Below are positions 1-7,451 of a stretch of 32,000 nt of DNA, piece after piece. Origin of the DNA: Magnetococcales bacterium DCbin4 (GTDB lineage: Bacteria > Pseudomonadota > Magnetococcia > Magnetococcales > UBA8363); contig PEAN01000007.1 in the NCBI GenBank assembly GCA_002753735.1, forward strand, positions 63,883 to 95,882, in the 5' to 3' direction. Position numbers and translations under genes: made by a program. Positions within the stretch are counted from its first letter, which is position 1, and every line of letters starts with the position of its first letter. The notes beneath the pieces are model-generated. The model had not been told where the DNA came from. It did no database searches and saw nothing but the letters and a program-made list of their open reading frames with translations.

Positions 1-516
1 TCGGAACGGATCCGGGGGGCGGCGGGTTCGGTGGTCTTTCCGGGGATCGAGGGGACGCGGCCGGTTTTGGTGGAGATTCAATCCTTGGTGGCTCCGAGCG
101 TGTTTCCGCAACCGCGACGCAATACGTTGGGATGGGATCCCAACCGTTTGGCGATGTTGACGGCGGTTTTGGAAAAAAGATCGGGGTTGAGCTTTCACAA
201 TCATGATATCTTTTTGAATATTGCGGGTGGCTTCAAGGTTGCGGAGCCGGCGGCGGATCTGGCGGTGGCGGCCTCTTTGTTTGGTTCCTTGAAAAACTTG
301 AGCCTCGATCCCGGTTTGGTGGTGGTGGGCGAGATTGGATTGGGGGGGGAGGTGCGGGCGGTCAGTCATGTGGCGACGCGTTTGCGCGAAGCGGCCAAAC
401 TGGGTTTTGAACGGGCGCTGCTCCCTGAAAAAAGTATGAAACATGTGACCGATGCACCCAAAATGGAGCTGATTGCCGTCTCTTCGGTGGAAGCGATGAT
501 GCGCCAGTTACCATGA
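1..516 (+). CDS. radA: DNA repair protein RadA/Sms, C-terminal Lon-protease-like domain; the 5' end lies outside the window
   Basis: Frame 1 is open from base 1. The tail GEIGLGGEVRAVSHVATRLREAAKLGFERALLPE matches the conserved RadA C-terminus. Stop TGA at 514-516. Confidence 0.85.
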   Translation, partial: SERIRGAAGSVVFPGIEGTRPVLVEIQSLVAPSVFPQPRRNTLGWDPNRLAMLTAVLEKRSGLSFHNHDIFLNIAGGFKVAEPAADLAVAASLFGSLKNLSLDPGLVVVGEIGLGGEVRAVSHVATRLREAAKLGFERALLPEKSMKHVTDAPKMELIAVSSVEAMMRQLP

Positions 517-668
517 TCAAGAAAAAATTGGACTTAAGGAATTGCCCCCAGGGTGTTGACCTTGTTTTTGAATTTAAACAAAAAGGTTTCCATGATTGAT
601 CTTTTTACTTTGTTTTTAAAGTCAAAATCCTGGGAGCCATCCCTCAAGCCCCCTTTTTATTCTTGATC
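515..668 (-). repeat. Palindromic intergenic repeat, copy A: diverged, full length, core inverted relative to copies B and C
   Basis: The left arm gatcaagaaaaaattggacttaaggaattgcccccagggtgttga and the right arm tcaaaatcctgggagccatccctcaagccccctttttattcttgatc are imperfect inverted repeats. The central aaaaaggtttccatg is the reverse complement of the catggaaaccttttt core in copies B and C. Confidence 0.7.
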
Positions 669-670
669 CC

Positions 671-1348
671 ATGTTCATTTTCCTGGATATCGGCTTCACC
701 CTCCTCGGTGGTCCCGCTCAGGGACCGGCGGGGCGGTTGGTGAAACATTGGAATCTTCCCGCAGGTGCCAAAGATTGGTTGAATCGTGTACTGTTTGAAA
801 CCCCCCTTGAGTCCCCGGGGGATTTGGCGCAACGGATGGTGCATCATTTCGGTCTGAAGGAAACGAATGTTTTGCCATGGGTCAAAGATTTATGGGAACG
901 CCAGGTAACCGAAGCCGAACCGCTTCCCGGTGCCCGGGCCGCGTTGCAGCAATTGCGCGAAGCGCAGATTCCTTTCGGTTTCATCACCAACATCTGGCCG
1001 CCATTCCTGGCGGGATTCGCCCGGTGCTTTCCGGAAGAATATCATGCGTGCCCGATGTTCGCCTCGTGTGCTCTGGGATTGGCCAAGCCCGATCCTCAAT
1101 TGTATCGAACCGCCCTGCGCCAGACCGGCACCGATCCCCGGGAAGGGGTCATGATCGGCGATACCTATGAAAATGATGTGCTGCCGGCTCATGGGTTGGG
1201 GATGCGAACGATTTGGGTCCTGACCCGTCCCGACAAGGAACGTTCCGACCTGGTGGCGGTATTGAACGGGGAAAAACCGTTGCCGGGAAGGACGCTCACC
1301 GGTATGGAACAATTTCATCCCCGGCAACTTCAGGCGTTGTTCACATGA
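671..1348 (+). CDS. HAD-superfamily (subfamily IA-like) hydrolase
   Basis: 225-aa ORF. Motif I-like FLDIGFTL has DxGxT, with the second Asp replaced by Gly. Motif III Lys is in GLAKPDP and motif IV is GDTYENDV. Confidence 0.7.
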   Translation: MFIFLDIGFTLLGGPAQGPAGRLVKHWNLPAGAKDWLNRVLFETPLESPGDLAQRMVHHFGLKETNVLPWVKDLWERQVTEAEPLPGARAALQQLREAQIPFGFITNIWPPFLAGFARCFPEEYHACPMFASCALGLAKPDPQLYRTALRQTGTDPREGVMIGDTYENDVLPAHGLGMRTIWVLTRPDKERSDLVAVLNGEKPLPGRTLTGMEQFHPRQLQALFT

Positions 1349-1998
1349 ATATCACCCGCATCGAAACCTTCGACGAACATGAACTGTTGACCCGTTTGGC
1401 GACCACGCGTTTGCGTGGCCATGGTCAACCGTTGATCTATGCCAACGCCCGGTTGGAACTGGTGCGCAAGGTCGATCCCGCCACCTTGTTTCCCGCTCAG
1501 CGTTATGTCCTCGACCAGGACCATCATACCATTCGCGATCTGTATCATGCGTTTCAGGAGCGGGGGATCGACCTGTTCGGTCTGGAGGGGGGGGTGTTGT
1601 TCTGGCGGGCCGATCCCGAGGCCCCCGGTGGTGAGGAGGGTCCCATTCCATTCATTCCTCCCATTGTGGAGATGTCGCATGAACCGGACGGGCGCATTGT
1701 GCCTTTGATCAACGATGGGATGCATCGGGTCTATACGGCCATGAAGATGGGCCGGACCCTCAATATTGTTCTGGTTCATGATGTTCCGGTCGAATATCCC
1801 TATTATGCCCATGCCCTGTCCAAGGGGTGGGATGAGGTGGTGGCTCTGGCGGAACTGCCCGATCAATTCGTCAAGAAATCCTACCGGGATCCAGTGCAAT
1901 ACAAGGCATTGTTCCGTGATTTCAATGCCGTCTTCGATGGCATCCAGAAAGAGCGGAAAAAAACCAATCCCGGGGAGTTGCGGCCTGGAGCGGGATGA
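1345..1998 (+). CDS. Hypothetical protein with a ParB/sulfiredoxin-like domain
   Basis: The ATG at 1345 overlaps the HAD stop (ATGA at 1345-1348). LFPAQRYV followed by PLINDGMHRVYTAMKMG resembles the ParB/Srx PTQ and DGxHR signature. The longer ORF from 1213 overlaps the HAD gene and was rejected. Confidence 0.5.
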   Translation: MNITRIETFDEHELLTRLATTRLRGHGQPLIYANARLELVRKVDPATLFPAQRYVLDQDHHTIRDLYHAFQERGIDLFGLEGGVLFWRADPEAPGGEEGPIPFIPPIVEMSHEPDGRIVPLINDGMHRVYTAMKMGRTLNIVLVHDVPVEYPYYAHALSKGWDEVVALAELPDQFVKKSYRDPVQYKALFRDFNAVFDGIQKERKKTNPGELRPGAG

Positions 1999-2058
1999 AG
2001 ATCCTCCAGGGGATTCAATGGATGCCAAACCACGATCATGTTGCCGAGGTGATCTGTC

Positions 2059-2712
2059 ATGTCACGGGAGATGAATGGATGGCTTGCCTGTCCCGAATGC
2101 GACGTGTTGCATCAAATCTCCGCGTTGACTGCCGGTACTGAAGCCTGTTGTTGCCGTTGCGGCGCGGTGTTGGCGAGCTGTCGCCCGGGTCATTTGGAGC
2201 GTGCCTTGGCGTTGACGATGGCTGCTGCCATGTTGTTCGCCGTGGTCAATTCCCATCCCTTGTTGGGGCTTGATCTGGGGGGGCGTGAAACCTCCATGAC
2301 GTTGTTGGCGGGGGCATTGGAACTGGGTCAGCATGGTATGTGGGATGTGGTGATTCTGGTATTTTTGACCAGTTTTCTATTTCCCCTGTTGCATTTTTTG
2401 GCGTTGCTCTATGTATTGATCCCATTGGCGCTGGATCGTTGTCCTCCGGGCGCCGCGTTGTGGTTTCGTGCGGCGGAGTTGTTTTCTCCCTGGGGGATGA
2501 TCGGCGTTTATGCGTTGGGGGTGTTGGTGGCGGTGGTCAAACTGTCCGACCTGGCGACGGTGGTGCCGGGGGTGGCGGTTTATGCCCTGGGTGGATTGTT
2601 GTTTTGCAGCACTGCCGCCGGTCATGCGCTGGACTCCGCCGATGTCTGGCACCGCATTGAACAGGTCATCGAAAGAAAAAAGGGGTCTGGGGGATTGCCC
2701 CCAGGGTGTTGA
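2059..2712 (+). CDS. pqiA: PqiA-family integral membrane protein, first PqiA repeat; the last 13 codons and the stop are encoded by repeat copy B
   Basis: N-terminal Cys pairs CPECDVLH...CCRCGAVL are followed by multiple TM segments, as in paraquat-inducible protein A. The C-terminus ERKKGSGGLPPGC* is the repeat arm read in frame. Confidence 0.8.
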   Translation: MSREMNGWLACPECDVLHQISALTAGTEACCCRCGAVLASCRPGHLERALALTMAAAMLFAVVNSHPLLGLDLGGRETSMTLLAGALELGQHGMWDVVILVFLTSFLFPLLHFLALLYVLIPLALDRCPPGAALWFRAAELFSPWGMIGVYALGVLVAVVKLSDLATVVPGVAVYALGGLLFCSTAAGHALDSADVWHRIEQVIERKKGSGGLPPGC

Positions 2713-2810
2713 TTTTAGAAATAAAATAAAAAGCTAAAGCATGGAAACCTTTTTGTTTGAAGTCAAAATCAACACCCTGGGGGCAATCCCCCAGACCCCT
2801 TTTTTCTTTC
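2671..2810 (+). repeat. Palindromic intergenic repeat, copy B: 140 bp with perfect 46-bp terminal inverted repeats
   Basis: Left arm gaaagaaaaaaggggtctgggggattgcccccagggtgttgatttt is the exact reverse complement of right arm aaaatcaacaccctgggggcaatcccccagaccccttttttctttc. Each arm holds a CTGGGGG-N4-CCCCCAG hairpin. The AT-rich core contains catggaaaccttttt. Confidence 0.9.
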
Positions 2811-2850
2811 AATCATTGAATCCGGAATTTTCCCCCATCGGAGAACCGCC

Positions 2851-3477
2851 ATGAACAGGGTTCCGGTTCTTCCGACCGCCCGGGAATCGGGGTTGATTCG
2901 TTGCCATGCCTGTGCTTTGGTGAGCGTGGGTCGGGACCACCATTCCTGTCCCCGTTGTCGGGCACCCCTGTTCATGCGCAAACCCTACAGCCTGCAACGA
3001 ACCTGGGCATTGACGCTCGGAGCCGCCATTCTTTACATCCCCGCCAATCTGTTCCCCATCATGACCGTGATCCAGATGGGGCAGGGGGAGGCCAAGACCA
3101 TCCTTTCCGGGGTGGTGGCGCTGATCGAGGCGGACATGTGGCCATTGGCGATGATCGTTTTCATGGCCAGCGTGGTGGTCCCCCTGGGGAAAATCTGTAT
3201 CCTGATATATTTGTTGCTTTCGGTGCAGGTCGGCTTGAAAACCCATCTCAAGGAACGGGTCATCCTTTATCGCTTGATGGAAACCTTCGGCCATTGGTCG
3301 ATGGTCGATATTTTTCTCGTCTCCATCCTGGCATCTCTGGTACAAATGGGAACCCTGGCCACCATCGAACCCGAGATCGGGGTTTCTTATTTTGCGGCGG
3401 TGGTCATTCTGACCTTGTTTGCCGCCCGTGCGTTCGATCCACGTTTGATCTGGGACCGTGCCCATGACCAGAGGTGA
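2851..3477 (+). CDS. pqiA: PqiA-family integral membrane protein, second PqiA repeat
   Basis: CHACALV...CPRCRAPL Cys pairs plus TM segments. GGAG lies 7 nt upstream of the ATG. It is in the same reading frame (frame 1) as 2059-2712. Confidence 0.8.
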   Translation: MNRVPVLPTARESGLIRCHACALVSVGRDHHSCPRCRAPLFMRKPYSLQRTWALTLGAAILYIPANLFPIMTVIQMGQGEAKTILSGVVALIEADMWPLAMIVFMASVVVPLGKICILIYLLLSVQVGLKTHLKERVILYRLMETFGHWSMVDIFLVSILASLVQMGTLATIEPEIGVSYFAAVVILTLFAARAFDPRLIWDRAHDQR

Positions 3478-5185
3478 GGGGGATGCCCTTCAGGAATCAT
3501 TGATCACCCTGCCGGATGTGCCGCCACCCGAGCCGGTGATTCGCCGTCGGCGTTCATTTTCCCTGTTCTGGTTGATTCCCCTGGTGGTCGCCCTGGTCGG
3601 CATCTGGCTGATCCATGATACCCTCTCTTCCAGAGGCCCCTTGATCACCATCACCTTCAACTCCGCCGAGGGGATCGAGGCGGGCAAAACCCGGGTGCGG
3701 CATAAGGCGGTCGATGTCGGACGGGTTGAGTCGGTCTGGTTGAGTGCCGATTTTTCCCAGGTGGAATTGTCAGTCCGCCTGGAAGCGGGCACTGAAAACT
3801 TTTTGGCCGCCAACGCCAAATTCTGGGTGGTGCAGCCGCGTTTGTCGCTTCAGGGGGTTTCGGGATTGGGAACCCTGGTTTCCGGAGCCTACATCGAAAT
3901 GGAACCGGGAACCGAGGGGCCGGTCAAGGAACAATTCAAAGGATTGGAAGGCCCCCCCCTGATCCGTTCGGGGGTGGAGGGCATCAAAATTCGACTTTCC
4001 GCCGAACGACTGGGCGGGTTGGCGGCGGGTTCGCCCGTGTACTATCTGGGGATCCCTGCGGGGGAGGTGCTGGGGTTCGATTTGAACAGCAACAAGGATG
4101 GGGTGATCGTCCATGCCTTCATCAAATCGCCCTATGATCAATTGGTCATGCCCAACAGCCGTTTCTGGAAGGTCAGCGGCGTCGATCTGTCACTGGATGC
4201 CGAAGGGGTGCGGTTGACCACCTCGTCGCTTGCGGCATTGTTTCTGGGAGGGGTTGCCTTCGAAACGCCGACCACCCTGGAACCCCTCGAACCGGTCCAT
4301 ACCGGTAACCTTTTTGTCCTGTTCGAAGATCAAGGGGCGGTGACCGAATCGAGTTATCGGCGCAAAATTCCCTGTGTGATGTATTTCGACAGTTCGGTCC
4401 GTGGCCTCAAAACCGGGGCACCGGTGGAATTTCGCGGGATCAAGATCGGTTCGGTCCGTGACATCCATATGGAATTCGACCCGGCCAAGGCATCGTTCCA
4501 AATCGAGGTGCAGGTGGAAATTGAACCGGAACGGGTATCGGACATCGATCAGCGCAATTCGATGGAATCGGCCAATGAACTGTTGCAAACCCTGGTGGAT
4601 CAGGGATTGCGGGGCCAGTTGGAAACGGCGAACTATCTGACCGGGCAGTTGTTCGTCAATCTGGTGATGCGTCCCGATACCCCCATCCATCTGGTGGGGA
4701 TGCAGACGCGGTACAAGGAATTGCCGACGGTCCCTTCCAATCTGGATGAAATCAGCGCTTCGGTGACGGCACTGTTGAAAAAATTGCAAACCTTTCCATT
4801 GGAGGGGATTGGGAAAAACCTGAACGAAACCTTGGCCGGTCTGAACAAGACGGTCAATGCCCCGGTGGTGCTTGAAGCGGCAGGGTCCATGCGTGATGCC
4901 CTGGTCGCCTTGAAATCGACCATGACCCGGCTGGACGGCAAGGTCGATCCCCTGGGACGCGATCTGGTCAATGCCACCCGGGCGGCGACCAAGGCGCTGG
5001 CATCGACCGACCGGTTGATGGTCAATCTGAACGAACTTGCCGATCCCGATGCCCCGTTGAATTATCACATCCTTGAGCTGACCCGGGAACTGACCATGAC
5101 TTCCCGTGCCATCCGTACATTTGTCGATATCATGAATCGGCGTCCCGAGGCGCTGGTCTTCGGCAAGGAGAAAAAACAGGAATGA
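3458..5185 (+). CDS. pqiB: PqiB-like MCE-domain protein (intermembrane transport)
   Basis: 575 aa with an N-terminal TM (FSLFWLIPLVVALVGIWLI). Three MCE/MlaD-like segments are visible (ITFNSAEGIEAGKTRV..., IRLSAERLGGLAAGSPVYY..., YFDSSVRGLKTGAPVEF...). It follows the pqiA genes. The start could be 3458 or 3464. Confidence 0.85.
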   Translation: MPMTRGEGDALQESLITLPDVPPPEPVIRRRRSFSLFWLIPLVVALVGIWLIHDTLSSRGPLITITFNSAEGIEAGKTRVRHKAVDVGRVESVWLSADFSQVELSVRLEAGTENFLAANAKFWVVQPRLSLQGVSGLGTLVSGAYIEMEPGTEGPVKEQFKGLEGPPLIRSGVEGIKIRLSAERLGGLAAGSPVYYLGIPAGEVLGFDLNSNKDGVIVHAFIKSPYDQLVMPNSRFWKVSGVDLSLDAEGVRLTTSSLAALFLGGVAFETPTTLEPLEPVHTGNLFVLFEDQGAVTESSYRRKIPCVMYFDSSVRGLKTGAPVEFRGIKIGSVRDIHMEFDPAKASFQIEVQVEIEPERVSDIDQRNSMESANELLQTLVDQGLRGQLETANYLTGQLFVNLVMRPDTPIHLVGMQTRYKELPTVPSNLDEISASVTALLKKLQTFPLEGIGKNLNETLAGLNKTVNAPVVLEAAGSMRDALVALKSTMTRLDGKVDPLGRDLVNATRAATKALASTDRLMVNLNELADPDAPLNYHILELTRELTMTSRAIRTFVDIMNRRPEALVFGKEKKQE

Positions 5186-5238
5186 ACATCAAACGTGATG
5201 GGTGGTTGTTCTGGGCAGGGCAACCGCATTTAAAAATG

Positions 5239-5389
5239 ACAAGAAAAAAAAGGGGTCTGGGGGATTCCCCCCCAGGGGGTGACTTTAGAAACAAAGTCAA
5301 AAGCGGAGCATGGAAACCTTTTTTTTTGAATTCAAAAACAAAGTCAAAACCCTGGGGGCAATCCCCCAGACCCCTTTTTTCTTTCAATC
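5239..5389 (+). repeat. Palindromic intergenic repeat, copy C: full length, same orientation as copy B
   Basis: acaagaaaaaaaaggggtctgggggattccccccc...gcatggaaaccttttt...aaaaccctgggggcaatcccccagaccccttttttctttcaatc aligns with copy B along its whole length. Confidence 0.85.
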
Positions 5390-5403
5390 GTTTTTTTCAT
5401 GAC

Positions 5404-6066
5404 ATGCCAATTTCAAATGCGATTCCCCTGTTGTTCCGGAGGGGGTGGTTGTGGTTCGGGTTGTTACTGCTTTTGGCGGGTTGCGCCTCCATGGTCACGG
5501 GGGAAGGCTCGCCGCCGACCCGCTATTACCTGTTGTCGTCCATGGCGGAACACAAAAGAGGAAACGTGCCACATAAGGTCCGTCTGGCGCTGGAACCGGT
5601 GGAACTGCCCGATTATCTGACCCGTCCGCAGATCGTCTATCGCCAGGGGGATCACCGTCTGGCCATGGAGGAGTCTGATTTGTGGGCCGAGACACTGGAT
5701 GCGGGTTTGGCCCGGGTCATGGTGGATAATCTATCCATCCTTTTGGATTCGGATCAGATATGGAGTCTCCCGGTCAAAAGGACGCAACCGCCTGAAATGC
5801 GATTGTGGGTGCGGATGCTCCGGTTTGAAGTCGATGCCGGAGGTCGGGCGTCGCTTGCGGCACGGTGGAAACTTCAAGGGCGTGAGGGCCAGGAATTCAT
5901 GAATGCGGCGTTGACGGAACTTCAGGGTCATCAAATTGATGTCCGCGACAAAGATGCCCAGGTTGCTGCATTGAGTTCCATCCTTGAGGAATTCTGTCGC
6001 CAGGTTGCGGCCCGGGTGGTCCGGAACATGGGGGAATCCAGGCGCGCCCCTCCAGGGGATCGATAA
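5404..6066 (+). CDS. pqiC: PqiC/YmbA-like outer-membrane lipoprotein (ABC-type transport auxiliary component)
   Basis: Lipobox LLLLAGC followed by PPTRYYLL, typical of this family. It sits after pqiB. The track ORF from 5182 reads through the repeat, so the internal ATG at 5404 is preferred. Confidence 0.75.
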   Translation: MPISNAIPLLFRRGWLWFGLLLLLAGCASMVTGEGSPPTRYYLLSSMAEHKRGNVPHKVRLALEPVELPDYLTRPQIVYRQGDHRLAMEESDLWAETLDAGLARVMVDNLSILLDSDQIWSLPVKRTQPPEMRLWVRMLRFEVDAGGRASLAARWKLQGREGQEFMNAALTELQGHQIDVRDKDAQVAALSSILEEFCRQVAARVVRNMGESRRAPPGDR

Positions 6067-6071
6067 CCCGG

Positions 6072-6905
6072 CTATTGCCCTTTTTCCACCTTGTCCAAGT
6101 CCTGTTTGTGTTTTCCGGTCAGGTCAACAGCGGAGAATTCCCGGGTTGTCGGCAAGGTTAGTTGAAACTCCGGCAATTCATTCACTTGAACCTGCACCGT
6201 CTCAGTGGTCAAATCGAGGACATGTCCTCCCTGGGTGCGATCACGGCTGATGAAATGAAAATGAAACCCGGGGACATTGAATCCGGCCATGTATTCAGGA
6301 ATCCAAAAACCAACCAGGGTTCCGGTCACGGAGTCGAATTGGAACGTCGCCTGTTTGGCTGCAACTTCGGCCAGAGGGAGATAAGGCGGGGTTTGACGTG
6401 GAACGCTGCGGGTCTTGACCGTACGGAAAAGACCGTCCATGCGAAACGCATGGGGCAGATTTTTCTTTTCGATCATGGCCATCAACGATGCTTGCAGGTC
6501 ACGGTAGGAATGTCCTGAAGGGATGGTTCGGGCCGGTACCTGGTCATCGAAGCGGCAAATCACTGCAAAGGGGGTTTGCAGCGTCGGGGGGACACGCACT
6601 ACCTTTCCCGTACTGGGAATCTGATAAAATTCACCATCCAGGGCGATCATTTCTCCGTCCAGGGCATTGAACGTTCCCAATCCCAGGGTACCGTGGGTCG
6701 CTAATTCTTCCATGCGCAGTTGTCCATCATAAAATCCCTGCAAGAGGGAATTGATGGTGGCATATTGGAAGAGTGGGCTTGTTTCAGGTGCTTCGGCATG
6801 AACTGGCGCGCAGAAGAGACCCAATCCCAGGAGAAACACCAAAATCCACGATCCCGCCTTGGGAGCTGAGGGTTGGATGGGATGGGCTGATCGGATCGGA
6901 TTCAT
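6072..6905 (-). CDS. Alpha-acetolactate decarboxylase family protein with a predicted signal peptide
   Basis: FQYATINSLLQGFYDGQLRMEELATHGTLGLGTFNALDGEMIALDGEFYQI is a strong ALDC signature. The N-terminus WILVFLLGLGLFCAPVHAEA looks like a cleavable signal peptide. Start chosen at MNPIRS (6905); the track ORF extends to 6971. Confidence 0.8.
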   Translation of the reverse strand: MNPIRSAHPIQPSAPKAGSWILVFLLGLGLFCAPVHAEAPETSPLFQYATINSLLQGFYDGQLRMEELATHGTLGLGTFNALDGEMIALDGEFYQIPSTGKVVRVPPTLQTPFAVICRFDDQVPARTIPSGHSYRDLQASLMAMIEKKNLPHAFRMDGLFRTVKTRSVPRQTPPYLPLAEVAAKQATFQFDSVTGTLVGFWIPEYMAGFNVPGFHFHFISRDRTQGGHVLDLTTETVQVQVNELPEFQLTLPTTREFSAVDLTGKHKQDLDKVEKGQ

Positions 6906-7451
6906 GAATATCCTTTCGTAAACTGGAAACCTGTCCCAGATCACAACCCGTCTGGGATCCATTTTTTCCATACATCATTCTGGAATTATTTTGACCTGTT
7001 CATTCACCGGATGCAGCCAAAGTGGGCCAGGTTTGGTTTTTTTAACAGGTACCTTCCGGAGCAAACGCGAAAAACCCATGAAGCAAAGCGTCCACTACGG
7101 TTGTGTGGAAATTACATAAAAATGATGTATTCAATGTTGGGTGTGGTTGGCTGCGACCGATGAACGAATATGACAATGTAGATTTCAGTGATGGCATGAA
7201 TTCAAATAATTGATCATTTGCTTTACGTTTTGCATTTCCACTTTCGCTGACGAATGATGGAAACGACGCATTTTGTATTGGTTACAATTTTTAATGGAAG
7301 ATGACAGATTACATTATTGCGTGTCAATCCGCGTCCAATCAAGAATGGATCAAAAAATAATCACACCAATGGATCAGAGTGTGATAAAATGGATTCGTCA
7401 GTCTTGATTATGTAGTTTACCCGGCAAAATTTGGCCGCCTCTTGAATCATC

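Noticed and set aside
1213-1344. Extended 5' versions of track ORFs: 1213-1998, 5182-6066, 6072-6971, 12637-13416, 14785-15543, 15353-15655, 17195-18742, 21412-22800 and 28758-29141.
   Set aside because: The extensions overlap the upstream gene or read through repeats. Internal starts give conserved N-termini, RBSs or ATGA/TGATG coupling, so the shorter coordinates were used.
2671-2840. ORFs sharing the peptides ERKKGSGGLPPGC or KEKRGLGDCP(Q/R)G(V/F)DF (2769-2981, 2510-2737, 5130-5387, 22592-22840, 22797-23069), which might be taken for a small protein family.
   Set aside because: The shared peptide is simply the conserved nucleotide repeat arm read in different frames and strands. The ORFs otherwise overlap real genes or intergenic DNA.
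2741-2857. A small ORF starting at the conserved core ATG of the repeat (METF(L/F)FE...TLGAIPQTPFFFQS) in copies B and C.
   Set aside because: The conservation is explained by nucleotide identity of the repeat. The ORF ends at different points in flanking DNA, has no RBS, and is on the opposite strand in copy A.
7035-7110. Weak resemblance to a c-di-GMP-I (GEMM) riboswitch (GCAAAC...GAAA...GCAAAGCG) upstream of the GGDEF-EAL gene.
   Set aside because: I could not build the required P1/P2 helices: the sequences flanking the GAAA do not pair. It is also about 350 nt from the start codon. Only a covariance-model scan could revive the idea.
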